A stretch of 64,000 nucleotides of DNA. Source: Candidatus Cloacimonadales bacterium (GTDB lineage Bacteria; Cloacimonadota; Cloacimonadia; Cloacimonadales; JAFGVF01). The stretch covers positions 2,048,001 to 2,112,000 of the forward strand of contig OY762964.1 in NCBI GenBank assembly GCA_963667035.1, written 5' to 3'. Positions within the stretch are counted from its first letter, which is position 1, and the number at the start of each line of letters is the position of its first letter. Positions 51,690 to 60,079 of this stretch are shown in pieces. The notes beneath the pieces were generated by a model. It was not told the DNA's origin, made no database searches, and worked only from the letters and a program-made list of their open reading frames with translations. Position numbers and translations under genes: made by a program.

Positions 51690-52982
51690 TCAATTAACAT
51701 CTTCAAAACAAATCTTTTGCTGAGATATTAGTAAGTTTCTCACATTGAAAGAGAATGCAAAACTTGTTAAATAAGCTATATGTATCCACATAACAAAGAT
51801 ATTAAACATACTTGAAGGCAAATTGCTTACTACAAGAAACACAAATACTGAAATCAGATTGAATTCTGATAGCACTTTTAGTCGTCCCTTTGAATAAATC
51901 ATAATAAGAAACAATCTTATTATCAAAACTGCAATAAATATCAAAAATGGGATAACAACAAACAGACCGAAATTTGCTACCAATTCAAACAAATAACTGT
52001 GGGGATTTTCAATCCAGTCAGTATCTCCAAAGAATCCTTTTTTTGTATGGTAATCAAAGTTACCGGCACCTACGCCTATGAAGTGGCTATCTCTACAAAG
52101 ATTAATAGCTCTTTTAACCATGTTGATTCTTATCTGAGTTGAGCCAATGTTATAAGTCTCTGTTTCCGAGGAAACAGATGTATAAAGCCCCACACAGTAT
52201 TTCTCTGCTAATTCAAACTGCTTAGGATATTTTAAACTAAGGGAGTAAATCAACGCAATTATTATAGCAATAGCTATTGATATTACACGCCAGTTTGAGT
52301 ATTTTATAAAGGTATACGCATAAAGAGGGACTAAAGCGATTAATGCTATTCTTGCTCCCTGAACGATAATGATTATAAAACTTACAAGTAAGGCAATAAG
52401 GAATAGTAACTTAAAAAAATTGTTTTTACTAACAGCATACTTATAGCAGATAATTGGAGTAATAAATGATGTCACCATTGCTTGAATATTCTCACCATAG
52501 AATAAACCGGTTGGATTAGGTAAGATTGAGTCAAAGTGACGAGAAGTCGGGAGATGACTAAATGACGCCATTTCCCAGATACACACTAGATTGTAAATTA
52601 TGAATACTACTACTAAAAGATTTGTATATTTCTTCTGCTCTGAGAAATCTTCATGCAGATTATACATCACAAGATAGAACAAGCTTGCATGCACTAATAT
52701 CATATTAACATGCTTAATTCCGAAATCAAATGATTGAGCCCAAAACAAACTTGCCATTGAGTAAAACACATAAATTATAAAAAATTGGTTTACTGAGAAT
52801 AATTTAAAAGACTTAAGAGATCCTTGAGAGAGCATGAATTGATAAGCAATCAATGCTACATTCAAAAGAATTGAGATTTTTACAAGCTGAATTTTTATTG
52901 GGAAAAAAGTAACTAAAATAAGAACAAAATAAAGTATCACACTTATGTTCTTTAATAGTGCTGATGAATCCTTAATACGCAT
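51690..52982 (-). CDS. O-antigen ligase/polymerase family membrane protein
   Basis: About 11 TM segments, GAR, S..IR, GVGAGNF, NPHS..ELVANFG. Confidence 0.85.
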   Translation of the reverse strand: MRIKDSSALLKNISVILYFVLILVTFFPIKIQLVKISILLNVALIAYQFMLSQGSLKSFKLFSVNQFFIIYVFYSMASLFWAQSFDFGIKHVNMILVHASLFYLVMYNLHEDFSEQKKYTNLLVVVFIIYNLVCIWEMASFSHLPTSRHFDSILPNPTGLFYGENIQAMVTSFITPIICYKYAVSKNNFFKLLFLIALLVSFIIIIVQGARIALIALVPLYAYTFIKYSNWRVISIAIAIIIALIYSLSLKYPKQFELAEKYCVGLYTSVSSETETYNIGSTQIRINMVKRAINLCRDSHFIGVGAGNFDYHTKKGFFGDTDWIENPHSYLFELVANFGLFVVIPFLIFIAVLIIRLFLIMIYSKGRLKVLSEFNLISVFVFLVVSNLPSSMFNIFVMWIHIAYLTSFAFSFNVRNLLISQQKICFEDVN

Positions 52983-54164
52983 TTATGAAAAGAATATCTT
53001 TCTTGCCTGTATCAGTTTCATTTTTTTATCTTGGGGAACATATTCAATCAATATACTGATAACAATTGAAAAGAATAAAGCAATAAAGAAAGAAACAACA
53101 CAAACAATTGCTCTTTTAGGTTTAACTCTTAATCCTGGTAAATCAGCATTAGAGATAATGTTAATAGTTGGCAAGTCTTTCAGCTCTTCCATTTTAGCAA
53201 GTTCATATTGAGGATAAAGGAATTCATAAATCTTTCTATTTATCTTCAATTTCATTTCCAGAATTTGAGACTGCATAGCAATTGAAGGGATATCATTAAT
53301 CGGAACTATAAATTCGGAAATTCCACCGACAGTCTCCATATTATCAATCTTCTTCTGGAGTTCATCCCTCTTAAGAACTAACTCATTTAACATTGGAGAT
53401 TTATCACCATAGAGTTCTTTACTAATAGTAATTTGAATATTGGTTTTTGTTAACTCTGCGACTAAATCAGAATACATGGTTAAAATTTTTGATGTCTGAT
53501 CTTCTATTGAAATCATTTTGCTATCTTCTTTCTGAGCCAAGATTTGTGCAGTTAACTCGTTAAACTCTTTATCAATCTCTTGAACTCTCTCTTCCATAAA
53601 GATACGTTTCAGTTTACCTTTAGTCATGTTTTCATTCTGATTATAGTAAACTAATTCAGTCAAAACGTATTCAACTATATCTTTAGATAGTTGCTTATCA
53701 AAAGTATTAGCGGAAACAGTAATTGAATTCGTTTCTTTATCATAAAAGATACCAAATGTCTCTTTTTTTAACTTCTTTATAGCTTTATCCATTTCCTTAA
53801 GAGAATCTTTTTCGGAAATCTCGTAATAAGTTATCAAATCAAATTTTCTTACAATCTTCTTTGCAAAATCCCTACTATCAAGAATTAAAAGGTTATTCAT
53901 TGATTCTTCAGAAGCAAATCCACCCATGAAATCTAATCCCATTCCACCTAAAATAGAATTACCCATACTTGCACTCATATCATCTGAAAGAGTAATAAAA
54001 GTTGCTGATGACCCCCAAACTTCCTTGGCTAGTAAACTATATGCTACAGCTGCGATACTAACTACAATTGTAATAATAAAAATCAACCATTTATGCTTTG
54101 CTATAGTTATTAATATATCAAATACATCAAAATCTGCATCATTTGTTCTAGTAGTATTATTCAT
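52983..54164 (-). CDS. Polysaccharide chain-length determinant (Wzz/GumC family)
   Basis: N-terminal TM, coiled-coil periplasmic region, A.LP...VKPKR before the C-terminal TM; start probably ATG 54164 (AGGA RBS). Confidence 0.88.
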   Translation of the reverse strand: MNNTTRTNDADFDVFDILITIAKHKWLIFIITIVVSIAAVAYSLLAKEVWGSSATFITLSDDMSASMGNSILGGMGLDFMGGFASEESMNNLLILDSRDFAKKIVRKFDLITYYEISEKDSLKEMDKAIKKLKKETFGIFYDKETNSITVSANTFDKQLSKDIVEYVLTELVYYNQNENMTKGKLKRIFMEERVQEIDKEFNELTAQILAQKEDSKMISIEDQTSKILTMYSDLVAELTKTNIQITISKELYGDKSPMLNELVLKRDELQKKIDNMETVGGISEFIVPINDIPSIAMQSQILEMKLKINRKIYEFLYPQYELAKMEELKDLPTINIISNADLPGLRVKPKRAIVCVVSFFIALFFSIVISILIEYVPQDKKMKLIQARKIFFS

Positions 54165-54221
54165 AAGCTTCCTATCATCTTTCATGTTGTAATTATGTTA
54201 TTGTTCTTAAGTATACAATTA

Positions 54222-54299
54222 TGGTCGGGATGACAGGATTCGAACCTGCGACCACTTGAACCCCATTCAAGTGCGCTACCCGGACTGCGCTACATCCCG
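54222..54299 (-). tRNA. tRNA-Pro(GGG)
   Basis: Minus strand CGGGATG...CATCCCG-A-CCA, anticodon arm CTTGA-ATGGGGT-TCAAG, T arm GCAGG-TTCGAAT-CCTGT. Confidence 0.97.
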
Positions 54300-54507
54300 A
54301 CTCACAAATCTACTTTTTATCTGTTGATTTTGTTGGCAAGTAAAAAGTATCAAACTACCAATATCTGCATTGCAAAACACTAATTACACCGTTATCATAT
54401 TGAATTACCATCATTATTCATCTGTCTACACTAACAATTATCCTTGCTATAAATTAGGATTTACACATTTTCCGATTATAATAACAAGAAAGAGTATTGG
54501 AGGATAG

Positions 54508-55524
54508 ATGAAGAAGATAAATTTGATATTAATCCTATTTTCCCTAATAGGAATTCTATCAGCTCAAAATATTCTACTTTGGGATAACGACAACTATTCC
54601 AGCTTCGTTCAGCCCGGTGATGAATACTATACCGGTACGGAAGTTGCTGTTGGTCGCTCATTGCTAAGAAACGGGCTGACATTTGAAGAAACAACCATAT
54701 TACCCGGAGATTTATCGCAGTATGACGCTGTCTTTGTGACATTAGGCGTTTACTGCCTTTCCTGAGGAGTCACTCCTCCGGGATCAATAGGCTCGGTCGA
54801 GCTAAACATTTTAGTTAATTACTTAAACCAAGGTGGTGCACTTTATATTGAAGGTGTTGATTTTGTTAATGATTACTCATCAACACCATTAATTGATTTC
54901 TTTGGTGTTACAATAGGTAGTACAGGATTAGGCGGAGGAATAGAACAACTCACAGGTTTAGACGGTTCTATTGCCGAAGGTCTTGAATATCAATATCTAA
55001 CCGGAGAGTATCCTGATTATTTAGTAGATGAGATTGTTTTGAACGGAGCAACAGCCGTGTTAAACTCAAATGATGGTAATGTAAGAGTAACTTCTTATCA
55101 ATCAGGAAGCTATCGCACTATTGCTTCTGCTATAGCTATGGGTGGTATTTATGATAGCGAAGAACATACTAGAGCGGATTTGATGGAAAGATACCTAAGG
55201 TTTTTAATACCTGCTATTTCCAATAATGAAGATACTCAGCCAATAGCTAAAGTTGAACTGCATTCTGCTTACCCTAATCCGTTTAATCCTACAACAAATA
55301 TTAGCTTCACATTACCTGAAAATCAAGCTTACTCTTTAAGTATCTATGATATAAAAGGGAGACTTGTTAAAGTCCTTTCAGAAGGATTTGGTAACAAAGG
55401 AATGAACCGTTTTGTCTGGAACGGCACTAACAATGAGAATCAAGCAGTTGGTAGCGGTGTATATCTTTGCAGACTTAATACAAAAGGTAGTTCTAAAACC
55501 ATTAAATTAACAATGATTAAATAA
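54508..55524 (+). CDS. Putative secreted selenoprotein (CxxU) with FlgD-like CTD; 338 aa if TGA 54763-54765 is decoded
   Basis: RBS GGAGG, signal peptide; the single in-frame TGA in ...LGVYCLS*GVTPPG... is the only stop before 55524; C-terminal AYPNPFNP...IYDIKG...WNG...SGVYL...KLTMIK. Confidence 0.75.
54773..54801 (+). promoter_or_regulatory. Candidate bacterial SECIS element
   Basis: CUC-CU-CCGGG-[AUCAAUAGG]-CUCGG-UC-GAG stem-loop; upper stem begins 12 nt after the UGA; locally GC-rich. Confidence 0.5.
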
Positions 55525-55540
55525 CTTTTAAGCTATATAC

Positions 55541-55573
55541 AAAAGAAGGGTAGTTGATTTCAACTACCCTTTT
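55541..55573. terminator. Bidirectional terminator
   Basis: AAGGGTAGTTG-ATTT-CAACTACCCTT flanked by A and T runs, between convergent genes. Confidence 0.85.
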
Positions 55574-55589
55574 CATCTATAATTATAAT

Positions 55590-58589
55590 CTATTTTATCA
55601 ATCTGAATGTTCTTATTTCGTAAGGAGTAAAACCAAGGTCGATGCAATTAGTGTTTTCAGCAACAACTTCATTTCCTTCTTCAAGTAAATTGGTCTCAAT
55701 AATCTTACTCCAGCTTGTATCAGAGAAGAAGGATACATCAACAGGACGACCGCATGTTTCGTACAATCTGACAATGACATCTTTTCCATCTTCTGAAGGT
55801 TTTACAGTCTCAATTTCCACTTGTATAGCAGGATTTGCATTGTTCTGTTCTATTCTGAAACCTGTTCGATCCGAAATGTTTCTGTTATCACCTAAGTGTA
55901 TAAGAACAGGAGAGTTTAACTCATGTGCAGATTGCAAGACTTCAGAATGAGTATAATCCCCCATGTGAGGAAGATATGCAAAAGTAAACTTATGAATCCT
56001 CATATCACATTCTGCATCAGGATGTTTAGGGCTTCTGAGAAGGGTTAACTCCATCACGTTATCTCTGATTCTGTGACCATACTTACAATCGTTTAACAAG
56101 GCAAATCCATAATCCGGTTCGGAAAGATCAGCAAATCTATGAGCTACTGTTTCAAACTTAGCAGCATCCCAACTTGTATTATCATGAGTTGGACGTTTTA
56201 AGCTACCATATTGAATCTCGTAAGTCGCCTCTCCTTTGTGGATTGTTGTTTCTGCTCCAACACGAAGCATCTTTCTATCTTCTTTCCAATCAACTTCAGT
56301 CTCAATAGTCACTTGTCTGGAGTTCTCTTCAATAGAGACAATCTGTGAGACATTTGATTTCCCTACAGTGAACTCCAATCCAACTTTTATTAAATCATCT
56401 GATTGAGCAATTATTTTTGCAGAGATTAGTTTTGCTTGTTCCGGAATAGTTTCCATGTAGAAGTGGTTAATATCCCAAGCGTCCCAATTATTAGGTTTAT
56501 CCTCCCATAGAAGGATAGTGTTTGCTCTGCTTTTAATAGTCTCACGATGTGCTTCTTTATCATAGATTGAAGTTATCTCACCGGTTTCAGGAGAGAAATC
56601 TACACTAATAACATTGTTCTCAAGGTGGAAATCAAATTCCATTTCCTCTTGTTCTAGAGATGAAACACCGGGTAATGTTTTTAGTTCTTCTTTATCAATC
56701 TTAGTATAACCCATGGCAGGAATAGTAACAGGTACAGTGATTCCATCTTCCAGCATAACAAGTAGTTCTTCTCTATCCCAGCTAAGAGTATTAACTAAAT
56801 AATAAGCCTCTTCCCCATCTCCAAAAAGCTTTTTAAGCATCGAATCTTTAATCTCACTCAATTTAGTTAGATTCTCTTCGGACATTTTGTGTGCATCTTC
56901 ATAAACCCATTTGATTGAAGAACCAGGAAGTATGTCATGGAATTGATTCAGAAGTGTATTCTTCCAAATCTTATCTATTTCTTCTTTTGGCATCATATCG
57001 GATAATACAGCCAGGAACTCAACATCTCTGAGTGTTAGTTCCAATAACCTGTTATACTTCTTCATTAATGCTTGCGAAGTATATGTTCCTCTATGATATT
57101 CCAGATACAATTCTCCTACCCATGTAGGTAGTTTTTCTTTAGGAATTCTGTTAATCTTTTCAAAGAACTCTTCAGCGAAAGCAAATTTGAACTTAGGAGT
57201 ACCTTCAAGATTCTGTTGTCTTTTTCCAAATTCAATATGCAGTCTTCCCGGTCCGCCACCACCGTCTCCGATACCATACAGATTCAAGAATTCATCGGAA
57301 ACATCTGATTGGGCGTACCTATCAGCACTCTTTCTTAACTGCTCAGGCCAATTAGCAAGATTATAGTCATTAGTCGGGAGGAAGTGAGTCAAAATTTGTG
57401 TACCGTCAATTCCTTCCCAATAGAATGTATGATGAGGGAACTGATTAGTTTCATTCCAAGATATCTTCTGAGTCATGAAATAATCAACTCCACATTTCTT
57501 TAGAATCTGAGGTAATGCTGCGGAATAGCCAAAGACATCAGGCAACCATAGATTTCTGACATCTTTTCCAAACTCATCCATGTACAACTTCTTACCATAC
57601 AAACATTGGCGGACAAGTGCCTCACCACCGCTTATATTCATATCAGGTTCTACCCACATAGCACCTTGAAGCTCCCATCTTCCAGCCTTCACAGCTTCTT
57701 TCACTTCTTCAAAGAGTTGAGGATATTCCTCTTTTACCCATTCGTAAAGCTGAGGTTGAGATGCTCCGAATTTGTATTCAGGGAATTCATCCATCATTCT
57801 TAGAGCAGTAGAGAATGTTCTACCGCCTTTTCTTTTAGTCTCTCTTACAGGCCATAGCCAGCCTAAATCTAAGTGAGCATGTCCAATAGAGTAAACAGTC
57901 AGTTCACTTGCATTGGCAGGCTTATTTAAAAGCTCTTTTGTTATATCTAGACACTTCTTGATTCCGGTTCCATCTTTGTAACAATTACAAACCTCATTGA
58001 TGCCATATAGTATCTTCTGGAATCGTGTCGAATTTCTATCCAATTGTTCAGCGAGAGCAATAAGAACTCTCAAATCTAGGTTAAGTTCATATATGTCTTC
58101 ATTTAGACATGCAATCTCGGCTTGTTTGAGAATGTATTTTTCATCTTTAGCTCCAAACAAATCATTAGCACCTGCATCAAACATCAAATCAATATCTTCT
58201 CCGCCTTCCGCATATTCAAACAAAGGAACCCATGCTTTACCCACATGATGATGGTCATCCCTTTTATAAGTAATTGCCACGTGAGGTGAACCATCTTTAA
58301 AGTATAAGCCTTCACCTGCTATATCAATAATGACACCAACTTTTCGCCCTTTAAACTCTTGTGGAACTTTACCCTTAAACTTAAACCAAGCACATCCCCA
58401 ATTGTCAGCCCAGCAATCACCGATATTAATGGGAGTATATTCCGCTTTTATAGCTTCTTCATAAGAAATAGGAACTATTTTATCGTATATGTAGCTTACA
58501 TTCAAGTCCACACCTTTTGTATAGCGTAGATTGAATAGTTCATAAGTGAGTCTTCTTGCTCTATCAAGATAAATATTAATATTCTTCAT
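55590..58589 (-). CDS. Alpha-mannosidase, GH38
   Basis: GHAHLDLGWLWP, WLPDVFGY, G.GDGGGGP, GELYLEYHRGT, NQFHDILPGS. Confidence 0.95.
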   Translation of the reverse strand: MKNINIYLDRARRLTYELFNLRYTKGVDLNVSYIYDKIVPISYEEAIKAEYTPINIGDCWADNWGCAWFKFKGKVPQEFKGRKVGVIIDIAGEGLYFKDGSPHVAITYKRDDHHHVGKAWVPLFEYAEGGEDIDLMFDAGANDLFGAKDEKYILKQAEIACLNEDIYELNLDLRVLIALAEQLDRNSTRFQKILYGINEVCNCYKDGTGIKKCLDITKELLNKPANASELTVYSIGHAHLDLGWLWPVRETKRKGGRTFSTALRMMDEFPEYKFGASQPQLYEWVKEEYPQLFEEVKEAVKAGRWELQGAMWVEPDMNISGGEALVRQCLYGKKLYMDEFGKDVRNLWLPDVFGYSAALPQILKKCGVDYFMTQKISWNETNQFPHHTFYWEGIDGTQILTHFLPTNDYNLANWPEQLRKSADRYAQSDVSDEFLNLYGIGDGGGGPGRLHIEFGKRQQNLEGTPKFKFAFAEEFFEKINRIPKEKLPTWVGELYLEYHRGTYTSQALMKKYNRLLELTLRDVEFLAVLSDMMPKEEIDKIWKNTLLNQFHDILPGSSIKWVYEDAHKMSEENLTKLSEIKDSMLKKLFGDGEEAYYLVNTLSWDREELLVMLEDGITVPVTIPAMGYTKIDKEELKTLPGVSSLEQEEMEFDFHLENNVISVDFSPETGEITSIYDKEAHRETIKSRANTILLWEDKPNNWDAWDINHFYMETIPEQAKLISAKIIAQSDDLIKVGLEFTVGKSNVSQIVSIEENSRQVTIETEVDWKEDRKMLRVGAETTIHKGEATYEIQYGSLKRPTHDNTSWDAAKFETVAHRFADLSEPDYGFALLNDCKYGHRIRDNVMELTLLRSPKHPDAECDMRIHKFTFAYLPHMGDYTHSEVLQSAHELNSPVLIHLGDNRNISDRTGFRIEQNNANPAIQVEIETVKPSEDGKDVIVRLYETCGRPVDVSFFSDTSWSKIIETNLLEEGNEVVAENTNCIDLGFTPYEIRTFRLIK

Positions 58590-60069
58590 TCTTAACCTCT
58601 ATTTTATCAATAACTTGTTGCCTATAAGATTCAAAATCATAACCTGATTCTCTTAGGTATTTTAAATGCTTCTCAATGACACTTTTAAAACTCTCAAAGT
58701 CTTTATTCTCATCAGTTGTCCAAACTATCTCTGAAAGAGAGAAGATTCGGGGTATCAACATATATTCAAACTCATTTTCCGTATAAATATGCTCAGTCCA
58801 GATATTAGCTTGAGCTCCCAGAATAAGCTTACGCTGTTCAGTATTCAATTCTTCCGGTATTGGATTATATTTATAGACATCTTCCCAGGAAAGAATAGGC
58901 AAATTAACTTTCTTATCTTCCGGGAAAGGTCTTTTATCAAAGTAGAGATTAGCCCAAGGTGTCATAATCGCTTGGTTACCGTGTTGAACTGCAGCCACAC
59001 CACCTCCAATTCCTCTCCAAGACATTACAACGGCTGTATCCGCCAGTCCACCTTCAAGTATTTCGTCCCAACCTATCAGAGCTTTACCTTTTGATAGGAG
59101 ATGCTTCTCAATTTGTCTAATGAACCAACTTTGGAGTTCTTCTTCATTCTTCAAATCTTCTTCTTGAATACGCTTCCGGCAATCAGGACATTCCTTCCAT
59201 CTGGTTTTCGGACATTCGTCCCCCCCTATATGGAAATATTTACTAGGGAATAACTCGCAAACTTCATCAATAATATCTCTCAGGAACTCAAAAGTACTGT
59301 CTTTCCCTGCACAATAAACTTCATCCGATACTCCCCAGTCATTCCATACTTCCATTTCCATTCCGGTACAAGAGTACTCAGGATAGGCAGAAAGAGCTGC
59401 CTGAGCATGCCCTGGAAGCTCTATTTCTGGAATCACATCAATAGATAGTTTCTCGGCATAAGCAACTACTTCCTTGATTTCCTTTTGTGTATAGAAACCA
59501 CCATAAACAGTTCCATCTTTCTCTTTCCTCCAACCGGCATGAGAAGTTAGTTTAGGATACTTCTTTATCTCTATTCTCCAGCCTTGATCCTCAGTTAAAT
59601 GCCAATGGAACTTGTTCAGCTTATACAAAGCCATTAAATCAAGTTGCTTTTTTATAAATTCAATAGAGAAGAAATGCCTACAAACATCAATGTGTAAGCC
59701 TCTCCACTCAAAAGCGGGAAAATCATTAATGATTCCACATTGGATTATAGTCTCTTCTTTATCCTTCGACACCACCATTTGTCTTAATGATTGCAAAGCA
59801 TAAAAGACACCTGTATAGGTTGAAGCGGCTATTCCAATTGAGTTCTCTATAACGGAGAGCTTGTATTCTTCCGTTTTCATAAAATCATTCTTCAGAATAT
59901 GAATCAGAATGCCACTGTCTTTAACGGGTTTCTTACCAAGTATATCTGTAAGATGTTTCTCAATAGTATCAAGTCTGTCATGAAAATGAGTACTATCTAC
60001 TCTATATTCTTGCAGTCTTATTATATCAGGTAGAGTATGAACTTCTTTAGGTTGAGGAATAATTCTCAT
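58576..60069 (-). CDS. Beta-N-acetylhexosaminidase, GH20
   Basis: WRGLHIDVCRHF, HWHLTEDQGWR, PEIELPGH, HIGGDE, IWTE. Confidence 0.95.
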   Translation of the reverse strand: MRIIPQPKEVHTLPDIIRLQEYRVDSTHFHDRLDTIEKHLTDILGKKPVKDSGILIHILKNDFMKTEEYKLSVIENSIGIAASTYTGVFYALQSLRQMVVSKDKEETIIQCGIINDFPAFEWRGLHIDVCRHFFSIEFIKKQLDLMALYKLNKFHWHLTEDQGWRIEIKKYPKLTSHAGWRKEKDGTVYGGFYTQKEIKEVVAYAEKLSIDVIPEIELPGHAQAALSAYPEYSCTGMEMEVWNDWGVSDEVYCAGKDSTFEFLRDIIDEVCELFPSKYFHIGGDECPKTRWKECPDCRKRIQEEDLKNEEELQSWFIRQIEKHLLSKGKALIGWDEILEGGLADTAVVMSWRGIGGGVAAVQHGNQAIMTPWANLYFDKRPFPEDKKVNLPILSWEDVYKYNPIPEELNTEQRKLILGAQANIWTEHIYTENEFEYMLIPRIFSLSEIVWTTDENKDFESFKSVIEKHLKYLRESGYDFESYRQQVIDKIEVKNEEY

Positions 60070-60079
60070 TTATAGCTCC

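Noticed and set aside
9769..55524. Genome-wide reassignment of UGA (Gly/Trp) or UAG
   Set aside because: Conserved genes end at their expected C-termini with TGA (ptsI, rpoN, trmH-like, HisJ-like, several in stop/start overlaps) and with TAG (ppdK, lipA); Trp is encoded by TGG
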